Origin: Haliotis rufescens
Taxonomy: Eukaryota
Direction: 5' to 3'
Length of the DNA stretch: 64,000 nucleotides
Assembly (NCBI RefSeq): GCF_023055435.1
Contig: NW_025963813.1
Location: forward strand, 27,714,001 to 27,778,000
The notes under the pieces were generated by a model that saw only the letters and a program-made list of their open reading frames with translations, did not search any database and had not been told where the DNA came from. The position numbers and the translations under genes were made by a program. Of this stretch, positions 24,877 to 36,079 are shown one piece after another. Position 1 is the first letter of the stretch. Each line of letters starts with the position of its first letter.

Positions 24877-25185
24877 AAATGTGATCTTGTTGGATGTTGT
24901 CCCTCTACAGCTGACTGTACAATGCCACTGCAGGAAGAACATCCTATTTCTTGTTGCTGATAACATGAGGCCTGACTTAGGTGTGTCCAGAGACACCCAG
25001 TCTGAACACCCTAGCCAGGAAATGCCAGGAAATGCCAGGAAATGTCCATCCAGCTATTTGCTCCCTTGGTCACAGTACAGAGGCCAGACACGACACATGT
25101 CTTCGGTTTACACGCTTACTGGCTGAAGGTGGCATGGAACTTCATGACGATACACCAGTACCAGAAGCAGGCTTTCTCCTTGATG
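24877..25185 (+). pseudogene. 5' fragment of a sixth IDS-like sulfatase (closest to copy 1)
   Basis: HCRKNILFLVADNMRPDLGV (copy 1: HCKRKNVLFLVADDMRPDLDV) and, in another frame, RPDTTHVFGLHAYWLKVAWNFMTI; the CxPSR segment is missing. Confidence 0.8.
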
Positions 25186-25322
25186 ATGTGTGAACAACGA
25201 CCCTGTTTGAAGGGATGTCATATATTCTTAGATAAAAGGCCCCCGTGGATCGCTGTACATTGACTTTAGAAGTGAGAAACACCTGCAATTAGAACTTCAT
25301 TTACTCACTTCTTTCTTGGTCG

Positions 25323-25550
25323 TGACCCGTGAATATTTCGGGGGGGGGGGGGGGGGGAAATAGGTCTTCAGCAACTCATGCTTGCCGTAAAAGGTGACTA
25401 ACGGGATCGAGTGGTCAGGCTCGCTGACTGATGTATGCCATCGTGTCCCAGTTGCGTGGATCGATGCTCATGATTTCAATCACTGGATTGTCTGGTCCAG
25501 ACTCGATTATTTACAGACCGCCGTCACATAGCTGGAATATTGCTGAGTGC
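25323..25550 (+). mobile_element. SINE-like element, family C, with a poly-G expansion near the 5' end
   Basis: Begins gacccgtgaa; body matches the 33331 copy. Confidence 0.85.
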
Positions 25551-25554
25551 AAGC

Positions 25555-25890
25555 CTTGCCTGACAATGATATAAGAATCTACGCCGAAACGTCGCCATCA
25601 CAGTAAATAAAGAAGTTGTTATCCGTACATTGTATCTTTGTCATCCGTCAACTTCTAACTACTGTCTATCTGACAATTATGCTTCCAATAGTCCAATGAC
25701 GTTATTCCGTTGTGCTTCAGAAGGTCGTGGCATGAAGTTACACAGTTCCTAAGAACCAAGAGAATCTCCCACTATTCAAGAAGTTTCAAGTTAAGATCTT
25801 GTGCGGGCATCAATCCGGTGGTTCTCATGGTGTGTTACTTTTCTGTGTTGTTGCGAAGTACTAGCATCTGTACCGAAACGTCGCAATGAA
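25555..25890 (+). mobile_element. Probable Penelope-like terminal-repeat remnant
   Basis: cctgacaat...ccgaaacgtcg...aataaagaagttg and a second ccgaaacgtcgcaa at ~25873; related inverted copy at 38345-38415. Confidence 0.45.
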
Positions 25891-26225
25891 GGTGAGGTGA
25901 GGTTTAACGTCCCGTCCTGATTATTGCACGTATGTAGCGATGTGCATGCGCGTGTGTATGTGTGGCTGCTTGTACTAGTCCGGACTGATACCGATTAATA
26001 GTGCTAGCACTGAGCTACCATTCGCAGTTTAACATGAATACCCCACTCAGACACAGCATACTGACTCCAAGACAAGTGCTTGTTTTCGCCCCTTAATGCC
26101 GAGCGCCAGACAGGGTAACAACAAGTACCATCTTTTAATGTGTTTTGGTATGACGCGGCCGGATCGAACCCCGGACCTTCCGCTCTCCGGGCGGACGCTC
26201 TTCCACTAGGCCACGGAGGCGGCCA
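25890..26225 (-). mobile_element. tRNA-derived SINE, family D
   Basis: tRNA-like head (gtggcctagtggaagagcgtccgcc...ggttcgatcc) plus body taccaaaac...aaagatggtacttg; other copies at ~32247-32540(+), 48430-48580(+), 60013-60080(+). Confidence 0.8.
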
Positions 26226-26694
26226 CGTCGCATTGAAAGTATAAAGAAACTTTAACTCTATCTTCATGCCTAACATATCGCTTGTGTGCTAATTCCTTAA
26301 AGTTTTATATATCTTTATCAATATCCTCTGAGCAGTTCTCTTTTTGGCGAGTATACTTTGTACACAACAGCCAGTGAATTACTAGTGAGTGATTGAATGA
26401 GTGATGTCATCTGCAAATCTGTTATCTCCGGAATGATAATAAAGTGGAGGTACTTCGGTTTTTTCCGAGACGTATACATCAAGATTATACTGTCTGGATC
26501 AAACCATTCACATATTTCAATTTTTTTTCGAGCTGCAAGCTAAGCGTAATTACGGAGCGAAAATCACTTGACACTCCAAATTATGGATGGTATGGCCCTC
26601 GAGAAATTCAAACGCCTAAAGTCCCTCACCAAGGCTCGAAATGCCTATCCTGTTCGATGTAGCCCTGACTCTCTTCCTAAAAATCCTGGGCACT

Positions 26695-27608
26695 GGGCAC
26701 TGACAAGTAAGTTGACTATCACCTGGGGCACTGACAAGTAAGTTAACTGTTACCCATTGCACTGACAAGTATGTTAACTGTTACCCAGGGCACTGACAAG
26801 TAAGTTAACTGTTACCTAGGGCACTGACAAGTACGTTCACTGTTACCTAGGGCACTGACAAGTAAGTTAACTGTAACCTAGGGCACTGACAAGTAAGTTC
26901 ACTGTTACCTGGGGCACTGACAAGTAAGTTAACTGTTACCTAGGGCACTGACAAGTAAGTTAACTGTTACCTAGGGCACTGACAAGTACGTTAACTGTTA
27001 CCTAGGGCACTGACAAGTAAGTTAACTGTTACCTAGGGCACTGACAAGTACGTTAACTGTTACCTGGGGCACTGATAAGTAAGTTAACTGCTACCTAGGG
27101 CTCTGGCAGGTCAGTTAACTGATACCTAGGGCACTGACAAGTAAGTAAACTGTTACCCAGGGCACTGACAAGTAAGTTAACTGTTACCTGGGGCACTACC
27201 AAGTAAGTTAACTGTTACCTAGGGCACTGACAAGTACGTTGACTGTTACCTAGGGCACTGACAAGTAAGTTTACTGTTACCTAGGGCACCGACAAGTAAG
27301 TTCACTGTTACCTAAGGCACGGACAAGTAAGTTAACTGTTACCCAGGGCACTGACAAGTAAGTTAACTGTTTCCTAGGGCACTGACAAGTACGTTAACTG
27401 TTACCTAGGGCACTGACAAGTAAGTTAACTGTTTCCTAGGGCACGGACAAGTAAGTTAACTGTTACCTAGGGCACTGACAAGTAAGTTAACTGTTACCGT
27501 GGGCACTGATAAGTAAGTTAACTGTTACCCAGGGTACTGACAAGTAAGTTAACTGTTACCTAGGGCACTGATAAGTACGATCGCTGTTACCCAGGGCACC
27601 GGTGAGTA
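26695..27608 (+). repeat. 31-bp tandem minisatellite, about 29 copies (gggcactgacaagtaagttaactgttaccta)
   Basis: Head-to-tail units with period 31 and no spacers. Confidence 0.97.
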
Positions 27609-28447
27609 ACTTCATTATTTCCCAGTGCAAAGAAAAGTCCAGAAAAGCGAATTCTCAAACTGAATATGAATTTTCTTACAGCTGTCTGTAAATAATCGAG
27701 TCTGAACCAGACAATCCAGTAATTGACATCATGAGCATCGATCCATTTAGTTAGGACACGATGACATGCATCAACAAAGTCAGCGAGCCTGACCACCCGA
27801 CCCCGTTAGTGGCCTCCAACGACAAACGCGGGTTGTTGGAGGCCAATTCTAACCTTGATCATCACGGGAGAATGTGTTATCACGTGAACAAACACGGCTT
27901 GATCCTAACAATCTTCGCAAAGACACACGTTCAAAGTCCCACAGATAAAACGTATAAAAGTTTAGTTTGACCATATTAATCTTAGCTGTTTATTTGACTT
28001 GTGCTGAGCATAACACCGGGTCAGCATATAGATTGCGACGGAGGGAGAGAATGACTCACCTTGTGGTATATCACCCCTCAATTTGTTCACAATCCTGCCC
28101 CAGAAGCATCATCATCTTTATTTGGAATGTACGAGACACATCCTTACCGGCTACTCTTGCATGTTCTGGTAGTGTATGACTTGCAAACAGCTTGAGGCAA
28201 GACACACTCAGATTGTTGCAACATCGTTGCCCGGAAGAAGCCACAACCAAGGAATGCTCGTCGTGCAAATTACCCCGTGACCAAGACTGTACCATTATGT
28301 CCGAATACAGATAACAGGACAAATACAGAACAAACCATCAATGCGTGGAAACTCCGGAAACTCAGCAATGTTACAGTTCGAAAGGTTGAGATTTGACCTG
28401 CTGGGTCTGACGTCTTCCAGTCTTCACGAGCAGTCCACACTTTCACA

Positions 28448-29054
28448 ATGTGGAGTCAAGGTGTGTGTTTATTTCTGACCGTGGTTTGTGTCTCCGGACA
28501 AGCTGATCTAAGTAACAGTTTCACATTGGACCAACAACCATTGAATGAAACAGCATTGTTTGTGGCTGACGCTCTCTACAAGCATCCCAAATTGTTCCGA
28601 AAGTTGATTAACATCAGCTCTGAAATTGGGCCATTCATGTCATTGACCGATGACCCGAAAATATCAATCCTATTCGATCAAGTCCTTGATGCTCTTCCTG
28701 CGTTGCTGCGGTCACCCTACTTCATCAACGCCGTACGCGTCGTCGCAGATGAGCTGCACAGCGTCAACATTACCGACGTGTACGACTATCTCCAGATGAA
28801 CCATTATACCCCAGACGACATCGCAGCTAAACGGATGGTGAATGATGCTATCTTTGATAGGCTGGACAAGATGAGGACGCTTCAAAGACTCCTCACTCTT
28901 GGTAGTGCCCGGGACATCCTCCCCCTCAGCGTCAACGACAGTATCACGCCAGGATGCTACAGCGACATGATGAACTTCGTCGACGCAGTTGCCGGTATAC
29001 AGATTCCACCAAGGAAGGACTTGAATTACATCAAGACACCATGGGCACTGAGAA
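28448..29054 (+). CDS. Exon 1 ('1b') of secreted NRF-domain/EF-hand protein, copy 1
   Basis: Signal peptide MWSQGVCLFLTVVCVSG; ends ITPGCYSDMMNF...PWALR-A|gtaagt (phase 1), the start of the NRF domain. Confidence 0.88.
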
Positions 29055-29812
29055 GTAAGTAATCTCGCTGTCACTAGTCGAGGACAAGTTAGTACATTTT
29101 ACCTTGGACACTGAGAAGTAAGTAGTCTCGCTGTTACTAGTCGAGGACAAGTTAGTACATTGTTACCTTGGACACTGAGAAGTAAGTAGTCTCGCTGTCA
29201 CTAGTTGAAGACAAGTTAGTACATTGTTACTTTGAACACTGAGAAGTAAGTAGTCTCGCTGTAACTAGTCGAGGAGAAGTAAGTACATTGATTCCATGGA
29301 CACTGAGAATTAAGTAATCTCGCTGTTACTAGTTGAGGACAAGTTAGTACATTGTTACCTTGGACACTGAGAAGTAAGTAATCTCGCTGTTACTAGTTGA
29401 GGACAAGTTAGTACATTGTTACCTTGGACACTGAGAAGTAAGTAATCTCGCTGTTACTAGTTGAGGACAAGTTAGTACATTGTTACCTTGGACACTGAGA
29501 AGTAAGTAATCTCGATGTTACTAGTCGAGGGGAAGTAGTGAGTGAGTGAGTTTGGTTTTACGCCGCATTTAGCAATATTCCAGCAATATCACGGCGGGGG
29601 ACACCAGAAATGAGCTTCACACATTGTACCCATGTCGGGAATCGAACCCGGATCTTCGGCGTGACGAGCGGACGCTTTAACCACTAGGCTACCCGACGCC
29701 CCTCGATGAGAAGTAAGTACATTGTTACCTTGGACACTGAGAAGTAAGTAATCTCGCTGTTATTAGTCAAGGACAAGTAAGTACATTGTTGCCTTAGGCA
29801 CTGAGAAGTTGG
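29040..29812 (+). repeat. ~64-bp (dimeric) minisatellite starting at the exon-1 splice donor, about 10 copies, interrupted by a SINE
   Basis: Unit ccttggacactgagaagtaagtaatctcgctgttactagttgaggacaagttagtacattgtta. Confidence 0.93.
29538..29702 (-). mobile_element. SINE family A inserted in the intronic minisatellite
   Basis: Full head and tail; imperfect TSD tcgaggggaagta / tcgatgagaagta. Confidence 0.88.
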
Positions 29813-30463
29813 TATTCTCGCTCCTAATGAGTGTCAGGCAAGGAAATTGTTATTTCAGGTCCTCTTTTAATCACCGCGTTACTTATGAATGAAAAGTGAG
29901 AACTGGAATCATATTCCCTTGGGTTGTAAAAATTACATACTCATACAATGTAAGGAAGTAGGGCTTTGGACATGATACCTTGGGTCGTGAAAAGTAGGAC
30001 TTGGACCATGTTTCCTTGGGTCGTGAAAAGCGAGTAATTAATACCCGCCCTCTCATCGATATCAAGCGCCATTTGTTTTTACTCGAAAAAACACATTTTC
30101 GTCGATTCTGTCCTTTGCGTTACATATACTAGATTATGTCAAGAAAATACCCATCAAACCAGAGCAAAACTATTGGTCATGCCTGTCATATCCGCAATTG
30201 TAGCGTCCCTGTAGTACAATATGGGACTGCTTCAGATCTTCACACTCTTGTGTCCCCCGCCCGCAATTCATTGATTGTCCTAAGCCAAGTAAGAGGAGGA
30301 TGGGGTGGGTACAATGTGTGACCTGACGGATAATGTCATCGTACCCTGACGGCTTGGGTTGCTGATCATGCTCGCAATCACTGGTTTGTCTGACCCAGAC
30401 TGTATTATTTCAGGTCTGCAGTATAGAGCTGGAATATTTATTCAATCACTCACTAATTTTCAG

Positions 30464-30675
30464 TGCTGGACTCCTACGGCAAGCCGCCTAGTGGTATTTA
30501 CGAGGGAAATGTACACTGGCTGGGCGAACCGAAGGAATGTCGGAGCATACACGCGCAGTTGGCTCCTGGAGTTATCCTTGGTAACAAAACGCTAACCTCC
30601 CCTATCGACTTCAAAGGAAAGTACTGCCGGGCTGTGTTTCATCATATGCCTTGGGTTGCGGACATCTCTCAAATG
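30464..30675 (+). CDS. Exon 2 of NRF/EF-hand gene, copy 1
   Basis: ttttcag|TG...CAAATG|gtatgt; MLDSYGKPPSGIYEGNVHWLGEPKEC...GKYC, the core NRF-domain signature. Confidence 0.9.
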
Positions 30676-31199
30676 GTATGTCAACACTTTGAATGTACCG
30701 TGAAGCCTCGTTACTCTGGACATCACTACGTCCCCATCTGACCCGTGAAGATCCGGGATAGAATAGGTCTTCAGCAACCCATGCTTGCCGTAAAAGGCGA
30801 CTATGCTTGTCGTAAGAGGTGACTAATGAGGTCGGGTGGTCAGGCTCGCTGACTTGGTTGAGGCATGTCATCGTATCCTAATTGCGAGGATCGATGCTCA
30901 TGATGTCAATCACTAGTTTATTTACAGACCTGCGTTATATAGCAAGAATATTCTTGAGTGCAGGGTTACACAACTAACAAAAAAATATAACGTCCTCAGT
31001 TATCGTTTCCCTAGCCTATCTTAATCAACTGTCCATCTAGATTAACTAGGTTTCGCTATCTAGAGATATATACGTTATATCCTGAGACAATGGATTATAT
31101 ATTGGCCGAAATATGCATGCCTTGTTGAGTAGTGAGTGTTTTTATTTTCTTTAGTCAGCTAATTCAGCAACTCCACACTGCTTTGATCAGCTCTTACAG

Positions 31200-31545
31200 C
31201 ACACATGTCACAAATCAGGCGAGGTTAAACAACGTTGGTCTCGGAGAGCACTTGGATGGGAGACCGTGTTCGCCAGATTGACTCCTGGGACTTGCTAGGG
31301 CTTTGGTACTGCCCCACAGTGAAGCACACGCAGCACATGTTGTGTCTCCTAAAGCAAGTGACTCTGTTCCAATTATGCCTCTGTTCACCCAGCACTGAAT
31401 GGGTACCCAGAAGGATGAGATGGTAATGACTGGTAACCTTCCAGCGCCTCACATCCACCCTAATAATAATTATATAGCGCTTTATGCATGCCCTTGTGTA
31501 GTATGGTAGCGCAAAATATATAGAAGTAGCAGCAGCAGCAGCAGT
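31200..31545 (+). mobile_element. 5S rRNA-derived SINE-like element (second copy ~56290-56632)
   Basis: gaggttaa(a/g)caacgttggtctcggagagcacttggatgggagaccg resembles the 5S internal control region; followed by a CORE-like body (gcaagtgact...cacccagcactgaatgggtacc) and a (CAG)n tail. Confidence 0.65.
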
Positions 31546-31601
31546 AACCTTCTCGCATATTTGGAGTCTCTGATCCGTGTGTTACCTTTATGTATACGTT
31601 C

Positions 31602-31880
31602 GGGGGCACGGGTGGCCCAGTCGTCTAAAACGCCGCGATTCGCTGTGCAGAGTTGCGTCCCTTTTGCACACCAGAAACCTATGATTGTGGGTTCGAATCC
31701 CGATTCGCCCCGATTATGTTTCTAGGTTGGTCAGAACCATACACGTGCTCGTGGGTTTCACCGAAGTGGTAAACGTCTGAGACCTGCATCACTTCGGGCC
31801 TTCCTCCCACATTAAGCTGACACGCCGTGATATAACTGGAATACTGTTAAAAGCGGCGTTAAACCCAACTCACTCACACT
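31602..31880 (+). mobile_element. SINE family B (full length)
   Basis: Head, body and tail match other copies (also 39286-39483-, 40737-41000-, 46649-46892-, 56686-56970+). Confidence 0.88.
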
Positions 31881-32071
31881 CCTATGCATACATGCTGCAT
31901 TTGAACCAAATACTAGTACACAACCAGGCAGCATATTTCTGCAGATTTGGCACTGTCAGATTTCCACCTTGAGGCATATGATTGGGTGACGCAATCATTT
32001 AGACATGAAGTATTGCTGAAGCCCCATTCTCATGATTCCACTCCGGGTTCAATTCTCTACTTTCTTTCCAG

Positions 32072-32147
32072 GATGACACAGTGACGTGGGGCGTGTGTGT
32101 CCCCGATACGTGTAGCGAGCAGGACGTGGAAGAAATGTTCCAATTAG
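32072..32147 (+). CDS. Exon 3 of NRF/EF-hand gene, copy 1
   Basis: tttctttccag|GAT...TTAG|gtaggt; DDTVTWGVCVPDTCSEQDVEEMFQL (NRF GxCxPxxCS motif). Confidence 0.9.
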
Positions 32148-33330
32148 GTAGGTGCCGTTACCGAATACCATAAAGCGGCGGGGTTAGGGGTAGCCATCGA
32201 TCGATCACTCCAGGCGCTGTTTAAATCCCGAGCAAAACTTAAGGAACTGCCTCCGTGGTGGAGTGGAGAGAGCGTCTGCCCAGTCGGTGGTTCGAACCCG
32301 GTATCGTCAAACCAAAAAAACGTTAAAAGACGGTACTTATTGTTTCTTTGCCTGGCGTTCGGCAGTAAGGGGTTAAAACAAGAACTGGTGAGGTCGGTTT
32401 CTGAGTGGGGTATCCATGTTTAAAGTGCGGCATGGGATCTCATTAGGCTAGCACAATAAAACTGGCATTAGTCTGGACGCGCACACACGTGCATGCACGT
32501 TGCAAAATAAGTACCACCTTGAACGCTACGTTTGACCCCATTTCCCCTCGCCTACATTAGGAGCTATTCTTTGCGTCACTGTTTTATACACCTATGTCTT
32601 AACAAGTTGTAATTGAACTGGTGTCGTGTGCAGACAGGGAATTAAATTGTGACGTATTTAGATCACGAAGTACCGAAGGTTTTTTAGTCTCTGGTTGTCA
32701 CTCGAAGCTTCAAGGAAACATCCCTGGAGTCACAGCGTTGAAGGGGCGTTACCATGGTCCTGCAGAAAACATGGGTTTCACCAAAGTGGTAAACGTCTGA
32801 GACTGCATCACTTCGGGCTTTCCTCCCACAATAAGCTGACACTCTGTGGTTTAACTTGAATACGGTTTAAAACAGCGTTAAACCAAAGTCACTCACTTTC
32901 GAAACATGAACTGTCAGCTGTGAATTCTTGGAAACACCATCGTTGTCTGATGGTCTATACAGTTTAGAATAGCCCCCTGCTCCCATTGGAACGATTTGGA
33001 GTGACTTTTTTCGTGGGGGATTTTCTTTCACTCTTTTTCGGCCAATGAAATATCTTAAAACCAAAAGAGATGTCTTAGTAACTCACGTTTCACCTGATCC
33101 TCTGACCTAGGTTGCTTATTACACAACTATTTGAAAACATGATGTGCACGTGTTGGATCATGTCCACTGGCATACACCAAACTGTAGCTAGACTTTGAGT
33201 TGCAACGCATTGAGTTGAAGGGTCCTATGCTGGAATAGGCCAAGACGTTTTAATAAAATACGTGAGGCATTGTCGCTGTGCTGTGAAAGTGATTATTAAA
33301 TTCTTTCCTTTCTTTGTTAACGCCGCGCTC

Positions 33331-33575
33331 GACCCGTGAAGATCCGGGGTAGAATTGGTCTTCAGCAACCCATGCTTGTCGTAAGAGGCGACTAACGGGA
33401 TCGGATGGTCAGGCTCGCTGACTTGGTTGATGCATGCCATCGATCCCAATTGCGTGGATCGATGCTCATGATATCAATCACTGGATTGTCTGGTCCAGAC
33501 TGGATTATTTACAGACCGCCGTCATATAGCTGGAATATTGCTGAGTGCGGCGTTAAACAACAAACCAAAGAAAAC
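33331..33575 (+). mobile_element. SINE-like element, family C, full length, nested in an oppositely oriented family C copy
   Basis: 13-bp TSD taacgccgcgctc at 33318-33330 and 33576-33588. Many other copies, e.g. 27680-27867-, 30740-30980+, 34073-34330+, 35720-36010+, 36775-36961-, 44180-44438-, 55830-56070+, 59095-59358-, 61333-61570+, 61830-62050+. Confidence 0.9.
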
Positions 33576-33937
33576 TAACGCCGCGCTCAGTACTATTCCA
33601 GCAATATGACGGCGGTCTGTAAATAAACGAGTCTGGACCAGACAACCTAGTGAGCATGACATGACATGAGCATAAACCAAGTCAGCGAACCTGACAATTC
33701 TATCCAGTTAGTCGCCTCATTAGTTGTTGAAGACCTATTCTATCCAACTCATAAGACAGGTTTAAAATGATTTAAATGAAACTTGTTAGGTCTGCAATTT
33801 GACCATGCCTATAGTGCAAGTCACTGTCTGTTTTAGATACATTATCGGTTATGAAGATACTAATCGAGGTAACGTACTAATTATTAATAAAACAAATCCT
33901 GTGTGCAGCATGTAGGCTTGGATTTATGATATTGCAG

Positions 33938-34049
33938 GTTTCATGAAGAATTTCCAGACGACTCCCGATAATGTCTCATGTTCAGACATCCAGGAACCTA
34001 CTGGTCATGTGCCCGTCACGCCCCGGACTCCCCCCACCGGTCCCCCCAC
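33938..34049 (+). CDS. Exon 4 of NRF/EF-hand gene, copy 1 (end of NRF domain plus Pro/Thr linker)
   Basis: attgcag|GT...CCCAC|gtgagt (phase 1 to 2); GFMKNFQTTPDNVSCSDIQEPTGHVPVTPRTPPTGPP. Confidence 0.82.
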
Positions 34050-36079
34050 GTGAGTACATCCCATCCCAGATGCGACCCTTGAAGATTCGGGGTAGAAAGG
34101 GTCTTCAGCAACCCATGCTTGCCGTAAAAGGCCACTTTGCTTATCGTAAGAGGCGACTAATTGGATCGGGTGGTCGGGCTCGCTGAGTTGGTTGATGCAT
34201 GTCATCAATCCCAATTCCGTGGATCGATGCTCATGATGTCAATCACAAGATTGTCTGGTACAGACTCTAATATTTACAGACCGCCGTCATAAAGCTGGAA
34301 TATTGCTGAGTGCGGCGTGAAAAAACAAACGCATAAGCGAGTGTATCATTTCTACATTTCAACTATACTTGAACCGTTCACCCGTGACGAAATGTGTTAG
34401 AGTAGGTCTTCAGCAACCCATGTTTCTTAGAGGCGACTAACGGGATTGGTGACGGGATTGGGGGGTGGGTGGGTGGGTGGGTGAGGCTCGCTGACCTGGT
34501 TGATGAATGTCATCGTGTCCCAACTGAGTTGATCGAAACTCCTGTCAATCAGTGGATTATCTGGTCCGGTTCAGAATCGATTATTTACAGACTGCCACCA
34601 AATAGCTGGAATAATGAGCACCGAGTGCGGCGTTTTACAACAATCTTGACCCGTTCTCCAAAACGAACTTAACGCTGCTATTATCGCATCTTCCCGAGGC
34701 AAGGATGTTAGCTGACTATAAAGTCCAATTTCCACCTTTGCCGAACTGCCATGGGCTTGAATTTCCGAGTTATATTTTTACTAGCCTACCGATAGCGAGT
34801 GTATGCATATTCCAGTCAAAATCGCGTATCGGAATAGACATCCGATTCGTAAACATGGCAACTTCCAAGCAGATTAAGCTCGATTGCAGTATTTCAGTGC
34901 AAAGCATGTGCACCGCCACCTTAGTTCAACAGTCCTAATCTTTCATGTTTGATCAAATTGCCCATGTGATTTGATGCACTTCGTGGAGTAAGACCGCTTT
35001 ATATAGATCTTCATCATCGATCACATTGCATTGCCTTGGCGCTGCCACTTGGTTTGAAACAAATGCAAGTGATATGAAAGGTGGAATCTGATTGGTCAAT
35101 ATGAGACGCAACTGGTAAAAGTAGCCAAATTCGACAAGGGTGGAAATTTATGAAGGTCGCATCTCGAAGATCGTTGATTAAATGGTGTCCAGCTGAGAAT
35201 GTGTTTAGTTTAACGCCGACCTCGGCAATATTCCTGCTATAAGTAGGTCTTCAGCAACCCATACTTGCCGTAAAAGGCGACTGTGCTTGTCATAAGAGGC
35301 GACCAACGGGATCGGGTGGTCGGGCAAGGTGACTTGGCTGGTGCATGTTATCGATCCCAATTGCGTGGATCGAGGCTCATGATGTCTCCAGTCTCGATTA
35401 TTTACAGACCGCCGTCATATAGCTAGAATATTTTGCTGAGTGCGGCGTTAAATAACCAAACATTCCGCCACCCCTCAATTAAGCATAGGTTGCTGGGAAT
35501 CATGTTCCCGAGGCAAGAACGTCAAATAGCCTATTTATCAAAGTCTACATCTACCCTTGCCACATCAAGCCCACTTCCCTTTGCTTAATATGGTAATAGC
35601 ACATATCAACAGTCAAATCAAGGAACGTTTCACCATCCGAAAACATGGACGTGAAGACAAGTATTTTCCAAGTCTGTCCAAGTTTTATATCGACACTCCC
35701 AAGTACTGTACTTGTAAGCGACCCGTGAAGATCCGGGGTGGAATAGGTCTTCAGCAACCCATGCTTGTAAGAGGCGACTATCGGGATCGGGTTGTCAGGG
35801 TCGCTAACTTGGTTGATACATGTCATCGATCCCAATTGCGTGGATCGAGGCTCATGTCAATCACTGGATTGTCTGGACCAGGCAAGATCAGGCTCGCTGA
35901 CTTGATGCATGTTATCCCAATTGGCCGATGTTTATTCAAATCACTGGATTATCTGATCCAGAATATATTATTTACAGACCACCGTCATATGGCTGAGTGC
36001 GGCGTAAAACACGCTAGTATGCTGGCCGCAATACCTTATGCGTGGTACGATGAAATGTACATATAATTGTCACTTGCAG

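Noticed and set aside
26695-27608. CRISPR array (also 52837-53796 and 29040-29812)
   Set aside because: Units are directly head-to-tail with no unique spacers, there are no cas genes, and the context is eukaryotic
31213-31266. 5S rRNA gene
   Set aside because: Only the internal segment matches; the 5' and 3' ends are missing and it is fused to a SINE body
33971-34186. Alternative-frame ORF MSHVQTSRNLLVMCP... as first exon of a separate EF-hand gene
   Set aside because: Its phase at the donor does not match exon 5, whereas the NRF frame does; skipping to exon 6 would lose the DTD start of the EF loop
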